Shown here: piece by piece, positions 27,075 to 38,422 of the stretch | Layout: each line of letters begins with the position of its first letter | Position numbering within the stretch: position 1 is the first letter of the stretch | NCBI GenBank assembly: GCA_963666275.2 | Contig: CAXXOA010000002.1 | Coordinates: 1 to 64,000 of the forward strand | Direction of reading: 5' to 3' | From: Oceanispirochaeta sp. | GTDB taxonomy: Bacteria > Spirochaetota > Spirochaetia > DSM-2461 | Length of the DNA stretch: 64,000 nucleotides | Position numbers and translations under genes: made by a program | Notes under the pieces: generated by a model | What the model saw: only the letters and a program-made list of their open reading frames with translations | What the model was told of the DNA's origin: nothing | Database searches by the model: none

Positions 27075-27764
27075 GGAAATCCAGGGTTCAGCCAGAACAA
27101 ATAATAGTATGAGAATCAGGGCCGGAATGAAATTCGCGGTCCTGATTTTTTTTATTTTCAGCAGATTCAGTCCGATCATCATGATCAGAACGCCCCCCAC
27201 GGCAGAAACACCGTTGATCATTCCCTCATCCACATAGGGAGCCACCCATACGGCCAGAAGAGTCAGTGATCCCTGGGTGATGAGAATCGTCACAGCAGAG
27301 AAAAGGACTCCCCATCCCAGAACGGAAGCCAGCAGAATGGCGGCAAATCCGTCCATAACAGATTTGACAAGCAGGGTCTGATAGTCATGATCAATCCCGG
27401 CCTGAAAGGATCCCACAATGGTCATGGCCCCGACGCAGAAAAGCACAGAGGCGTCGAGAAAACCGGCGGCAAAGGTACTGTCTCCCATCCTGGCGGGAAG
27501 TTTCCTTTTTAGAAGATCCCCCAGAACCAGAATACGGTCCTCCAGCTTCAGCCAGGTACCGAGTATCCCCCCCAGGACCAGAGAAAAGACCATGTAAAGG
27601 GCGTTGCATTCACTCTGGGCCATATCTATCCCCAGGAGCAGGGTGAACAGCCCCAGGGCTGTAAAGATCACATCTTCGTAGTGATCATGAATCTTTCCTC
27701 TGAGAGCCAGGCCTATGGAAGACCCTAAAATAATGGTGAGAGCATTAATAATTGTTGCGATCAT
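27060..27764 (-). CDS. DUF554 family membrane protein
   Basis: LFCVGAMTIVGS, KSVMDG. Confidence 0.85.
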   Translation of the reverse strand: MIATIINALTIILGSSIGLALRGKIHDHYEDVIFTALGLFTLLLGIDMAQSECNALYMVFSLVLGGILGTWLKLEDRILVLGDLLKRKLPARMGDSTFAAGFLDASVLFCVGAMTIVGSFQAGIDHDYQTLLVKSVMDGFAAILLASVLGWGVLFSAVTILITQGSLTLLAVWVAPYVDEGMINGVSAVGGVLIMMIGLNLLKIKKIRTANFIPALILILLFVLAEPWISLFRG

Positions 27765-27893
27765 ATGCCTATCATATAGGAGTTTGAATCTGTTGAACAG
27801 AAACATTTATAGATTTCCCGCTCAAAATTAAACACCCCTTTGCCGACAATAGGGTTAGAGAGAAAGAAAATACAACAGGAGGTTTTCATCCCT

Positions 27894-28229
27894 ATGTTTG
27901 AAGAATCTTTTACGACAGTAACCAGCCCGGAAATGGGCCATCATAAAACTCCGACCCCTGAAGCGGATAAAATCTACTGCGCCAACTGCAGCAACTGCAA
28001 ACTGGTTCGGACCAGCACCGGCAAAGATAATCAGTACCAGCTGAGAGTCCGCTGTGCGGCGGGAATGTGGAAGAAAAAACTGGGAGAGGAAAAATACTAC
28101 AAGTATTTTACAGTAGCCCGGCGAAGCACTGAAGAGTGTGAATACTACGAACCCATGGGGGATACCAAAGCTTTCCTGAAGGAGTTGAAAAAAACTCTTC
28201 CCATCAAGGATGAAATTTACGCAAACTGA
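27894..28229 (+). CDS. Cys-rich hypothetical protein
   Basis: AGGAGG RBS; CANCSNC plus two further Cys. Confidence 0.7.
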   Translation: MFEESFTTVTSPEMGHHKTPTPEADKIYCANCSNCKLVRTSTGKDNQYQLRVRCAAGMWKKKLGEEKYYKYFTVARRSTEECEYYEPMGDTKAFLKELKKTLPIKDEIYAN

Positions 28230-28299
28230 CCTGAAAGAAAACAGGTTGAAACTGTATCTTCAGTAGAGTATGATGGTTCTCATATCGAAGAAGGACCAT

Positions 28300-28749
28300 A
28301 TGCGAAAACATTTACTATATTCTATACTGCTGCTTTTACTCTCTTTAATAGCGATATCCTGTCAGTCAACGCCTCAGAATGTTGATCCGGACTGGACTGA
28401 AGATCAGTTCTTCAAATCCGCTCAGGATGCCATTGATGAGGGCGAACTGGAGACAGCTCTTTTCTATTATGAGGTATTTCTGGTGAGGTATCCCGAGGAT
28501 CATGCCAAAGGGATTGCCGCCGAATACGAAAGAGCCCTGATACATAAGAAGCTCGGTGCGGAAGATCTTGCGATGACGGAACTGGAACAGATTCTGGATA
28601 AATACGAGAACAGCACCTATGTTATCCTTTACCCTCCCCGTTACAAAATACTCTCGGAAAAAGTACTGGCCGAACTGAAGGGCGAACCGCTTCCTGAAGT
28701 GGATCCGAATAAATATCCTGCCAGACAGACTGACAGCGCTCCCAGGTAG
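28300..28749 (+). CDS. TPR lipoprotein (BamD-like)
   Basis: AISC lipobox; helical TPR pattern. Confidence 0.65.
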   Translation: MRKHLLYSILLLLLSLIAISCQSTPQNVDPDWTEDQFFKSAQDAIDEGELETALFYYEVFLVRYPEDHAKGIAAEYERALIHKKLGAEDLAMTELEQILDKYENSTYVILYPPRYKILSEKVLAELKGEPLPEVDPNKYPARQTDSAPR

Positions 28750-28756
28750 ACACGGC

Positions 28757-28790
28757 AAGGGGTATGACAGGGTTCATACCCCCTTTTTTT
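28757..28790 (+). terminator. Intrinsic terminator
   Basis: GGGGTATGA...TCATACCCC followed by a T-run. Confidence 0.75.
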
Positions 28791-28962
28791 ATTCCCCTCC
28801 CGACAGCATTTATCCTATCTCCTTTTATAGAAAACCGATCATAGGGGGGAGAGGCTCTGAGAACAGAAACAGACAGGGAGATTATAAAAAATAAGTCCCT
28901 GCCGGTCAGACAGGGACATGTTTTCGATTCTATTTAACTGTAACGATAGGAGCCGTAACTTA

Positions 28963-30090
28963 TCAGTACTCTGAAGGCAGAAGGATGGGATAGATGGAAA
29001 TGCCCAGCTTGTCCGCTTCCTCATACACCAGTTCCTTGGTGATCTCACCCACCGGTTCTTCATGGGGCGGTGCATCGCCCACCTGAATGATAATGCGGTT
29101 GTCCGCCTCCCATTCAAAATTGCTGATCCCGCTGAAGATCCCTTCATAGACCGCTTCGGGGATATCACGCCCGCCGGAGACGGTGATCCTGTCCAGGAAC
29201 CATTGAATCCGTTCCAGGTCATCCTGAAAATCCACCTCTTTTGTCAGATAGGCTTCTTTGTAATCCCGGTACATGACAATACCGACACGGAACTTGTCAA
29301 AGCCTTCTATGTGAGTCTCCACAAGAGGAACAAGCTTCTTCTGAATAAAATTGATATCATTCTTCATGCTTACTGTCGTATCCACAACAAGCACAATATC
29401 GATGGATCCCCCTTTGACGGAAGAGAGGATATTGCCGATTTTATCTACCGCTTCATCCCCGTCTTCAGCCCGGATAAACTCACCACCGGTCATGAGGGCG
29501 GCTTCTTCCATGACATCTTCCAGTTCCCGCTCCACTTCCTCGACGATCACCGGGGGAGGCAGTTCCTTTATTTTTGCCGATAGAACAAAGGGGTTATCCT
29601 GATAGGCTCCGGAATAATCCGCATAGGGCATCTCGAATGAGCGGATATTCAGCCAGGTCCCCTGACGGATTTCAAGCTGTCCCTCCCGGCTCCAGGGATA
29701 GCCATAGGTTACATGGAGGGGGACAAAAATCCGGAATGCCTGATCATCCAGGATCGGATTGTATTCTGCAGAAGAATCAATCAGATAGAACATTCCTCTG
29801 TCCCGGGGGAGAAGATCTCCGTCCAGCATACGCGGTTCATCACCGTTATAGACATTGTAGTCGTAGGCTCTGAGAGCAAATGTATCCACCTGCTTTTCAG
29901 GATCCGCCGTCGACTCGGTCAAAAGGACAGAGTTTATGCCCGGTTTCTGACGAATCCAGAGATGGAACCCCTCGTCTCTCTCCATTTCAATATAGACATC
30001 TCCCGCCTCTATCTGCAGTTCCTGAGCAGCAAGGGGAGTCAAAGAAGTTAGAAGGCACAGTATAATTAATCCGAATAAACCTTTTCCCAT
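28963..30090 (-). CDS. Secreted vWA domain protein
   Basis: Signal peptide; DTTVSM MIDAS, GGRDIPEA, GDAPPH. Confidence 0.85.
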   Translation of the reverse strand: MGKGLFGLIILCLLTSLTPLAAQELQIEAGDVYIEMERDEGFHLWIRQKPGINSVLLTESTADPEKQVDTFALRAYDYNVYNGDEPRMLDGDLLPRDRGMFYLIDSSAEYNPILDDQAFRIFVPLHVTYGYPWSREGQLEIRQGTWLNIRSFEMPYADYSGAYQDNPFVLSAKIKELPPPVIVEEVERELEDVMEEAALMTGGEFIRAEDGDEAVDKIGNILSSVKGGSIDIVLVVDTTVSMKNDINFIQKKLVPLVETHIEGFDKFRVGIVMYRDYKEAYLTKEVDFQDDLERIQWFLDRITVSGGRDIPEAVYEGIFSGISNFEWEADNRIIIQVGDAPPHEEPVGEITKELVYEEADKLGISIYPILLPSEY

Positions 30091-30208
30091 ACACTCATTA
30101 TCGGTGCTGTCCGACCGATACCTGACCGGTTTCATAAAAAAACCTGAAACTTCATTTTTTTTGAATTCTCCTGCGAATCTACCCTGTTAAGAGTATTGGA
30201 GGCGGAAC

Positions 30209-31222
30209 ATGAGAAGATATATTCCTCTTTGTGCAGCATTGGGTCTGCTGCTCTCATGCTCTATGAAAGAGTCATGGGATTACGACAGGGAGCTGGATTT
30301 TTCACCCCCGGTTTTACTGGACATGGATGCCTCCCGGGGGCCTGACATCGATTTCAGTTTTGATGAACCTGTGGAGGTACCGGAGAACCTGATCCTTCTG
30401 GATAACGGAATGGAAGCCAATCTGGAAGTGAGGGATCAGAACCATCTGATCCTCACTCCTGCGGCCCCCCTGGAACCGGGGCTCCCCCGGACAGCGGAGT
30501 TGACTGTAGAGGACCTGAAAGGAAACTCTAATACCTTTCTTATCCGGTTCTGGGGCTGGAATCCCGAAATCCCAGCCACTCTGATCAATGAATTGAACCC
30601 CCAGGGGTCGGGTAACAACCCTGATACGATTGAGCTGTTCTTCACCCGGAAGGGAAATACGGCGGGAATGACCCTCTACTACGGAACCCGGAATCATTTC
30701 AGCTACCGGTTCATCCTTCCCTGTATTGAAGTGGATCAGGGGGATTACCTTCTGATACACTGCCGTCCCGAAGGTCTGAGCGAAGAGATCAATGAAATTC
30801 AGCAGAAGGATCTGTCCGGAGGAAAGCTTGCCAGCGATGCGGCCTGGGATCAGTGGCTGCCTGAAGACTCAGGGCTCTCGGGAAGCAACGGGGTGATATC
30901 TCTCTATGACTCCCCCATGGGAAACCCTCTGGACTGTGTCATCTATTCCGACAGAGACCCCGACCCGTCTGATGAGAAACTGGGCTGGACATCTGCCACG
31001 TTCGATGCGGTCTGCGATGCCTATCAGAGAGGAATGTGGAAATTTTCAAGTGAGGATATATCCCCTTCAGAGGCTGTGAGCTCTGATACAACCACAGGGA
31101 CAAGATCCCTGTGCCGCAGCAGTGCCTCGGAAGATACCGACAGGAAAGATGACTGGCATACAGTACCTACCGGTGAGAAAAGTTTCGGAGGGGTGAACAC
31201 CGACGAAGTATACACCCCCTGA
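30209..31222 (+). CDS. Lipoprotein with Ig-like and lamin-tail-like domains
   Basis: LLSC lipobox; FDEPV; LINEL...DTIEL. Confidence 0.6.
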   Translation: MRRYIPLCAALGLLLSCSMKESWDYDRELDFSPPVLLDMDASRGPDIDFSFDEPVEVPENLILLDNGMEANLEVRDQNHLILTPAAPLEPGLPRTAELTVEDLKGNSNTFLIRFWGWNPEIPATLINELNPQGSGNNPDTIELFFTRKGNTAGMTLYYGTRNHFSYRFILPCIEVDQGDYLLIHCRPEGLSEEINEIQQKDLSGGKLASDAAWDQWLPEDSGLSGSNGVISLYDSPMGNPLDCVIYSDRDPDPSDEKLGWTSATFDAVCDAYQRGMWKFSSEDISPSEAVSSDTTTGTRSLCRSSASEDTDRKDDWHTVPTGEKSFGGVNTDEVYTP

Positions 31223-31233
31223 GAGTGGAAAGG

Positions 31234-31551
31234 CTATACAAGATCCTTATACATGTCTTCTATGGATTCGCGGGGAATAACACCCACATTCTGTTTTACC
31301 ACTTCTCCCTTGTGAAAGACCATAAGAGTGGGAATACTCTGAATGCCGTATTTTCCCGCAGTTTCAGGGGCATCATCCACATTGGCTTTTCCCACAATGA
31401 TAGAATCAGTCTCTTCGGCAATCTCTGCAACAAGAGGGCTGAGCATTTTACAGGGCACGCACCATTCCGCCCAGAAATCGATCAGAACAGGTTTATCTGC
31501 TTTCAGAACTTCGCTTTCAAAATTTTCATCGGTAATTATGATTTCTGACAT
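31234..31551 (-). CDS. trxA: Thioredoxin
   Basis: DFWAEWCVPCK, IQSIPTL. Confidence 0.95.
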   Translation of the reverse strand: MSEIIITDENFESEVLKADKPVLIDFWAEWCVPCKMLSPLVAEIAEETDSIIVGKANVDDAPETAGKYGIQSIPTLMVFHKGEVVKQNVGVIPRESIEDMYKDLV

Positions 31552-31573
31552 CTATTTTTCTCCTCAAAATATT

Positions 31574-32332
31574 TTAACTCTTCTTCAGGTCTTTCAATCT
31601 AAAATCTTGTATTATATTGTCTACATATTTATAAGCCTTTTCAACCTTTTCATCAATGATTCCCCGTTCTCTTGTTTCCAGCATAAGGATTCTCAGATCG
31701 TGAAGAAAAAATGAAGCTCTTTTAATGCTCTCCTGAGCTTCTCTAAAGAGTTCAGAGGCGTATTTGCCCCGATGATTCAGCAGGAACTGATACCGTTCCA
31801 GTTCGGGAGGAACATTATCATGCCCCATAACGGTCATACGGAGCAGACGGTTCTCCAGATTATAACTCAGTTCGGACGAGTGAAAACGGCGCAGATAATC
31901 GCTCAGGGCATGCCAGTGCTCCTTATAGAGATAGCCCAGAGCTCCGTAGAGTTTCCGCACCTCCATGGAGGCATCAGGATCAAAATCTAGTTCGGGATAG
32001 GGAGCGATTCTCTGCTCCAGTTCCTCCAGAACTCTGTCGGCAAAACTCTTCTGGGGAACCTTCCGTTTCCTTTCCACCACAGGAGCCCTGTCCGCCGCCT
32101 CCCTGGCTTTCTCCTCGAGTTGTTTCAGATGAAGGATCTCTTCCTGTACAAACCGGGTCAGATCCACCCGGGCATGGAGAGCCAGAATATATCTATCCTC
32201 AAAAGCAGATTTTTCCGAGGTATCCGTCATATATGTAATGATATGGTCATCGTATTTCTGCCGAATACGAGCCAGGGCCGCTTCAATCTCTCTGGGGCCG
32301 AGCCTATCCTTTTTTTTCGGTTTAAACATCAA
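31574..32332 (-). CDS. Hypothetical protein
   Basis: 252-aa ORF co-oriented with trxA. Confidence 0.7.
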   Translation of the reverse strand: MMFKPKKKDRLGPREIEAALARIRQKYDDHIITYMTDTSEKSAFEDRYILALHARVDLTRFVQEEILHLKQLEEKAREAADRAPVVERKRKVPQKSFADRVLEELEQRIAPYPELDFDPDASMEVRKLYGALGYLYKEHWHALSDYLRRFHSSELSYNLENRLLRMTVMGHDNVPPELERYQFLLNHRGKYASELFREAQESIKRASFFLHDLRILMLETRERGIIDEKVEKAYKYVDNIIQDFRLKDLKKS

Positions 32333-32533
32333 TTTAATTATCGCTAATTAGGGCTCTCTGGTCAATTGAAAGGGAGCGAAATAGGGGGATGTCCGGGGAG
32401 AGAAAGGAAAGGAATTCAGGCTGTGACTGAGAATTCTTTTTTCGGGAATTCCATTTCGTCATTGTTTTAAAAATGCATTAGGATATACTTAAAGCTGATT
32501 AAAATCATTATATATAAGTCCGGAGAAGAGACA

Positions 32534-34096
32534 TTGAGGAACAGGGAATCCGAATCAGCCTTGGCACAGACAGAAAAACTCCCCGCAGGGACCCCGATTT
32601 TCAGACTGTTTGCCCTTATGACCCTTCTGGGGACTCCGCTGGGAATGCTCTACATGGAGTCTGTTATGGGTCTTGCCTCTGTCAGGGAGTTTATGTCCGT
32701 CCTGGCACTGGCCCCGCCTTCGGCCTGGATGGTTCTTTCCGGGATCTCCGCCCTTTTACTGGAAGGCTACTTCATGAACAGATTACGGAGGTCGGGAACC
32801 GGCATATGGCTCCTTCTGATCCGTTTTACATTTCTGATCTGGGGCATGATAAATGCGGGAGGCCTTTCCTTTTTCATCCATAGAGGAAGCGCTTATATCC
32901 CGGATGGTCTGGGTCTGTTCCTGACATGTGCGGTCAGTACAGTCCTGGGGCTGTTCCTGTCCCTGCTGACCATTGTGTGCAGTGCAGATGAACTGGAAGT
33001 GTATCTGGATGTGCGGGAGTACCGGAACTCTCCCTGGCTGGGGCTGAGGACAAAACTGTTTTTCAGCATAACCCTGGCCAATCTGGCATTCCTCTTCGGA
33101 TCGGGGGGAATCGTATTCTATTCCCAGTATGCCGGACTGCCCCTGAAAGAGACATTAATCCGATTTATCCTCTGCACCCCTCCCTTTTTAATGATGACTC
33201 TTCTTATGGTGTTCTTCCAGAACAGATCACTGGCAAAGTCCATTGGAGGGGAAGCTCCTGTGATCGCAGAGATGACCGACAGGATCGCCCTGGGAAACCT
33301 GAACATAGCATTTCATGAGGAGACACAGAGTGTCGGCATTTACAGATCTCTCGGGAATATGGCGGAAAAGCTCAGAGAGGTCATCGGAGAAATACTTGAG
33401 TTTTCCGCCACTTTGAACAGGGAAGTCAGTAGAATATCACTGACTGCGGAGAGTCTCAGCACAGGAACTTCCGACATGGCGTCCTCCTCCCGGGATATAA
33501 CAAACTCCATGGAAGAGATGCAGTCCAATATTGAAAAAAGTCAGGAAAATGCCTTAAAAACAGAATCGCTGGCGGAAAGCACCTATCGCCTGGCGCAGGA
33601 GGGACGGAATCAGGTAGAAGAAGCCGTTCAGGCCGTATCTCTTATCATTGAGAAGATCAGTGTGATAGAGGAGATCGCCAGGCAGACAAATCTTCTGGCG
33701 CTGAATGCAGCTATCGAGGCTTCGCGGGCGGGAGAGGCCGGAAAAGGGTTCTCTGTGGTAGCCGCGGAAGTCCGGAAGCTGGCGGAAAACTCCCGGGACT
33801 CGGCCAATGAGATCCGGGAGATCTCCCGGCAGACCATTGAAACAACCCGGGAAGCGGAGAAACGGATCTCCTCCATTGTTCCAGAAATAGAAGAGACCTC
33901 ACGTCTTGTCAGAGAAATTACCAGCGCCGGAAGGGATCAGACCAGCGGAAGTCATCAGATAAATCAGGCCATGACCAGGCTGGATGAGATTGCCAGGCAA
34001 AGCAGTGGGATCTCCGAAGATCTTGTGGCGTCAACTGAAATCCTTTCAAAGGGATCGGTCCGTTTACAGAGATTCATTGCTTTTTTCAAGGTATGA
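32534..34096 (+). CDS. Methyl-accepting chemotaxis protein
   Basis: [38 protein letters not shown]; multi-TM N-terminus. Confidence 0.95.
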   Translation: MRNRESESALAQTEKLPAGTPIFRLFALMTLLGTPLGMLYMESVMGLASVREFMSVLALAPPSAWMVLSGISALLLEGYFMNRLRRSGTGIWLLLIRFTFLIWGMINAGGLSFFIHRGSAYIPDGLGLFLTCAVSTVLGLFLSLLTIVCSADELEVYLDVREYRNSPWLGLRTKLFFSITLANLAFLFGSGGIVFYSQYAGLPLKETLIRFILCTPPFLMMTLLMVFFQNRSLAKSIGGEAPVIAEMTDRIALGNLNIAFHEETQSVGIYRSLGNMAEKLREVIGEILEFSATLNREVSRISLTAESLSTGTSDMASSSRDITNSMEEMQSNIEKSQENALKTESLAESTYRLAQEGRNQVEEAVQAVSLIIEKISVIEEIARQTNLLALNAAIEASRAGEAGKGFSVVAAEVRKLAENSRDSANEIREISRQTIETTREAEKRISSIVPEIEETSRLVREITSAGRDQTSGSHQINQAMTRLDEIARQSSGISEDLVASTEILSKGSVRLQRFIAFFKV

Positions 34097-34410
34097 TCCT
34101 GTATTATTGTACCCGAATCCCCTCTTGCCCCGTTCGTACAAGCGATAGTCCCCTCCTTATTCTGTCCTATTGGTATCATGTCCGCCAGGCTCAAGGACTC
34201 TGCCTGTTCTTTCTTTCTCAGTGATTATTCCTTCAGAAATTTCTCATTTGGACCTTTGTAACTGATGTATCAGATCAAATAACAGGAAGGATCTGCCAAG
34301 GATATCCCTGAAAAAGAGAGCTTTTTTGTAAGCTCAACACAAAGCTGTCATTGACAGGAGACATCTGCTTCTATTATAGTAGTTCTTATTAGGAACACTA
34401 TTAAAAAGGA

Positions 34411-35112
34411 GTGATTATGCCTTTGATCCAGTGGCTGAACCAGTTTGGATTAACCAATCAGGAAGCCTCCATTTACATAACCCTTCAAACCGAAGGCGTC
34501 CTTACGGGCTATGAAGTCTCAAAACTGACGGGGATATCGAGGTCGAATGCCTATACATCTCTGGCGAATCTGACAGAAAAAGGCGCTGCCAACCTGATAG
34601 AGGGAGAGAAAAAGCTCTATGTTTCCGTTCCCATAGAGGACTTCTGCGCCAGCCGGATACGAAGGCTGCAGAAAACCGGTGAAGAGCTGTGCAGAAACAT
34701 GCCGGCAAGAAAAGAAGAGTATCAGGGCTATCTGACCATTCAGGGACGGGAGAATATCATAGATACCACGATCAATATGATCCTGAAGGCGGAACAGAGA
34801 ATCTATCTTTCCCTCCCCGAGACCATAAAAGATGAGCTGAAGGAGCCTCTTCTCTCAGCGATAGAAAAAGGTTTGAAAGTTGTCATTATCACAGATAGAA
34901 CGGTGGATTTCCCGGGAGCTATTGTCTATGAGACAGAAAAAGCACTGGAAGAAATACGCCTTATCACGGATTCCCGTGAGGTTATAACCGGAGATGTGGC
35001 AGATGGAACATCCACATCACTCTATTCATCCAAAAGAAACCTGGTACAACTGTTGAAAGAGTCGCTCACCAATGAAATTGAATTGATCAGAATTCGAGGA
35101 GTAAAGAAATGA
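34411..35112 (+). CDS. TrmB family transcriptional regulator
   Basis: FGLTNQEA.IY...TGYEVSK.TGISRSNAY.SL. Confidence 0.88.
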   Translation: MIMPLIQWLNQFGLTNQEASIYITLQTEGVLTGYEVSKLTGISRSNAYTSLANLTEKGAANLIEGEKKLYVSVPIEDFCASRIRRLQKTGEELCRNMPARKEEYQGYLTIQGRENIIDTTINMILKAEQRIYLSLPETIKDELKEPLLSAIEKGLKVVIITDRTVDFPGAIVYETEKALEEIRLITDSREVITGDVADGTSTSLYSSKRNLVQLLKESLTNEIELIRIRGVKK

Positions 35113-36347
35113 AAGAACCATTCCTGACAAAAACACAGCTTGAGAGGATTGTAGAGTCATACCCCACCCCCTTCCATTTATACGATGAAAAAGGGATCCG
35201 GCAGAATGCCAGAAACCTGCATAAGGCCTTTTCCTGGAATAAGGGATTCCGGGAGTACTTTGCAGTCAAAGCCACACCGAATCCGGCTATCATGAAGATT
35301 CTAAAGGAAGAGGGCTGCGGCATGGACTGCTCCTCCTATACGGAACTCCTTCTGTCTGAGCGGGCAGGATTCTCAGGGGATCAGATCATGTTTTCCTCCA
35401 ATGTGACACCGGAAAAGGACTTCCGGTATGCCTCAGATCTGGGGGCTGTGATCAACCTGGATGACATCAGCCATATTGATTTCCTGGAAGAGGCTGCCGG
35501 GATTCCTGAAACCATCTGCTGCCGGTATAATCCCGGCAATTCCTTTACAAGCAGAAACAGAATTATGGACAGCCCTTCGGATGCCAAATACGGATTTACC
35601 TATCCCCAGCTGGTGGAAGGTTTCATAAAGCTGAAATCAAAAGGGGTCAGAAAATTCGGCCTCCATGCCTTTCTGGCCAGCAATACCTTAAATACAGTCT
35701 ACTACCCGGCTCTTGGCAGTCTCCTCTTTGAAACAGCTGTCAGTCTGTACAGGGATACAGGCATTAAGGTGAGTTTTGTGAACCTTTCGGGAGGGATCGG
35801 CATTCCCTACCTTCCGGAGGAAGAGAGTCTAGATATTTTTGAAATCGGGAAGATTATAGAAAAAGACTACAGGGAAATCCTTCTAGATTCGGGATTCGGC
35901 GATATTGATCTTTATACGGAACTGGGCCGTTTTATGCTCGGCCCCTACGGAGCCCTGATTACAAAGGCAGTCCATGAGAAAAAGATCCATAAACACTATA
36001 TCGGGGTTGATGCCTGCGCAGCCAACCTGATGCGTCCGGCCATGTACGGGGCCTATCACCACATCACCGTCATGGGGAAAGAAGAACAACCGAAGGATCA
36101 GCTCTACGATGTCACCGGAGGACTCTGCGAAAACAATGATAAATTCGCCATTGACAGGAATCTGCCTGCAATTGAAACAGGGGATCTGATCTATATCCAT
36201 GATACGGGGGCTCACGGGTTTTCCATGGGATACAACTACAATGGAAAATTGAGAAGTGCCGAAGTTCTCCTGAAAGAGGATGGATCCAGCAAACTGATCC
36301 GCCGGGCGGAAACACCCGAGGATTATCTGGCCACCCTGAATTTCTGA
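35109..36347 (+). CDS. lysA: Diaminopimelate decarboxylase
   Basis: YFAVKATPN, ELGR, CENND, GAHG.SM..NYN. Confidence 0.93.
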   Translation: MKEPFLTKTQLERIVESYPTPFHLYDEKGIRQNARNLHKAFSWNKGFREYFAVKATPNPAIMKILKEEGCGMDCSSYTELLLSERAGFSGDQIMFSSNVTPEKDFRYASDLGAVINLDDISHIDFLEEAAGIPETICCRYNPGNSFTSRNRIMDSPSDAKYGFTYPQLVEGFIKLKSKGVRKFGLHAFLASNTLNTVYYPALGSLLFETAVSLYRDTGIKVSFVNLSGGIGIPYLPEEESLDIFEIGKIIEKDYREILLDSGFGDIDLYTELGRFMLGPYGALITKAVHEKKIHKHYIGVDACAANLMRPAMYGAYHHITVMGKEEQPKDQLYDVTGGLCENNDKFAIDRNLPAIETGDLIYIHDTGAHGFSMGYNYNGKLRSAEVLLKEDGSSKLIRRAETPEDYLATLNF

Positions 36348-36569
36348 AATCGGTGCCTGCTGTTAAAAAGCTTCCTGGAGTATAGGATTCATAATTTCAG
36401 TCAGTCCTCTTTCAAGATTGTTGAAAAAGGACTCTGTATATAAAATTCTGAGCCGCAGAAAATTATTTTTCAAAAAAAAGTCCAGAAACACGTTTCGGGA
36501 CGATTCATGTACTGAAAAAATGTATCTCTTATCTGTTATTAAAAGACTCGTTTATAACAGATAGGAGAA

Positions 36570-38264
36570 ATGAAAATGAAAGTAATGATCAGAGCCTTAC
36601 TCTTGGTAATGATAGCAGGGCTGTTCACTACAGCCTGCAGTCTGCTCTCACCCAATGAAGATCCCTCAGAGAGGTATTCTGAGATGTCCGTGCTTCAGGG
36701 TGACAGCGTATTGGAAAGCGGCAGCGGCGCCTATGCGTTTCAGACCACCATGCTTTCGACAGAAAAAATCGCGGAGTTTACCATCAGCAGCAGCGGAGAC
36801 AAGGCGCTGAAACTGACAGGCACCCCCCTGGTGGAGATATCCGGAACCGATGCGGCCCTGTTCAGTGTGACCCAGCCGGGAGACGCCGAGATAGCCACGG
36901 ACTCTGCACTGACATTTCAGATTACCTTCAAACCCGACAGTGTGGGATCCAAAAGTGCGGTGGTCTCGATTGTAAACAACTCTGGAACAAGCCCCTACAG
37001 CTTCAGTATCAGCGGCCTTTGCTCCACCAATGTGGTGACAGCACCGACTGCAAGCCTCACAGAGGGAGCCTATAAGGCTGATGAGATCTCCAACCTGACA
37101 CTGTCCAGTACCACGGCGGGAGCCTCTATCCGCTACACTCTGGACGGAAGCGATCCCGATGAAGTGACAGGAATTCTTTATGACGGGAATGTGGACCTGA
37201 CAGGTCTGTTCGGCGCTCATATGAAAGCGGTAGCCTATAAGGCGGGCATGGTAGCCTCAAACCTGCTGGAAGCGGATTATACCTACAAATCCAATACGAC
37301 GTCTCTGGTAGACGATGCAAAAAATGCCTCATCCTATACAATAGATATGATAATAGACAGTTCAGACAAGATACATATTGCCTATACGTATCAATACAGT
37401 TACTTGAAATATCTTACCAATGAAAACGGGGCATGGAACAGCTCCGTCCTTAATAATGAAGACTCAGAGAATCCCTCGCTGGATATTGACAGCAACGGAA
37501 AGATTCATATTTCCTACTGGTATTTTAACTCAAGGGATCTACGCTATATGACGAATGCCTCAGGCTCCTGGAGTAAGAGTACGGTTTACTCCGATGAGGA
37601 TTCAGGGCGGTACAACAATATCCATATCGACAGTAACGGATACCCCATGGTTCTTTTTAATAAAGATTATACCAGTGATTCCATAATGTTTTCCCAGTTC
37701 GATGGATCAGTTTGGCATAGCGAAACGCTCGCAAATCCCAGTAATTTGTTTCATCTCAATTCAGTGCAGGACATGAACGGGATGCTCCATGCAGTCAGTG
37801 ACATTCAAAGCAGCATCAAATACTTTACCAATACTTCCGGAGCCTGGACCTCTGAAACAGCTTTTGGTCTGGGGGGAACCGGAGCCTACATGACAATGGC
37901 ACTGGCAGTGGATTCAGATGGGTATGTCCATATTGTATGTGATAACATCTCAAAAGAGACCTATTATGTAAGCAATAAAGGCGGATCCTGGAACAGCACA
38001 AAGATCGGAACAAGCAACGCTATAAATAATATAGATAATCCCCTCTCCATTATTAATGATCCTGAAGATAAGCAGAGGATCGTCTATTTTGATAGCACCG
38101 GAAAGATGATCATGGCCGACAATGGAACCGGATCCTGGGTCAAAACCACCCTGGAAGCAGACACAACCGAACCGTCCTGCCCCAACCTGGGCTATGACTC
38201 ACAGGGCAAACTGCATATTGTTTATCAGGATAACGGCTCCATCCGCTACCTGACATCCTGGTAA
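36570..38264 (+). CDS. Surface lipoprotein with Ig-like, chitobiase-C/FN3-like and repeat (propeller-like) domains
   Basis: Lipobox TTAC; IRYTLDGSDP; repeated DSxGKIHIxY...YxTNxxGxW. Confidence 0.75.
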   Translation: MKMKVMIRALLLVMIAGLFTTACSLLSPNEDPSERYSEMSVLQGDSVLESGSGAYAFQTTMLSTEKIAEFTISSSGDKALKLTGTPLVEISGTDAALFSVTQPGDAEIATDSALTFQITFKPDSVGSKSAVVSIVNNSGTSPYSFSISGLCSTNVVTAPTASLTEGAYKADEISNLTLSSTTAGASIRYTLDGSDPDEVTGILYDGNVDLTGLFGAHMKAVAYKAGMVASNLLEADYTYKSNTTSLVDDAKNASSYTIDMIIDSSDKIHIAYTYQYSYLKYLTNENGAWNSSVLNNEDSENPSLDIDSNGKIHISYWYFNSRDLRYMTNASGSWSKSTVYSDEDSGRYNNIHIDSNGYPMVLFNKDYTSDSIMFSQFDGSVWHSETLANPSNLFHLNSVQDMNGMLHAVSDIQSSIKYFTNTSGAWTSETAFGLGGTGAYMTMALAVDSDGYVHIVCDNISKETYYVSNKGGSWNSTKIGTSNAINNIDNPLSIINDPEDKQRIVYFDSTGKMIMADNGTGSWVKTTLEADTTEPSCPNLGYDSQGKLHIVYQDNGSIRYLTSW

Positions 38265-38334
38265 AAGGCTCAGCCTCAAAGCAATGCCGGAAATCGCGTC
38301 AGAGTTTTTATTGATTCGACTTCTTTGACAGGTC

Positions 38335-38371
38335 TATACCCGGTACAGGAGATACTCCCGTACCGGGTATA
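38335..38371. terminator. Strong hairpin between convergent genes
   Basis: TATACCCGGTAC...GTACCGGGTATA. Confidence 0.6.
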
Positions 38372-38422
38372 TTTTCAGAAATATCGTAAGCATTCAGAAT
38401 GACTCAGAGATTCTATCCTCCC

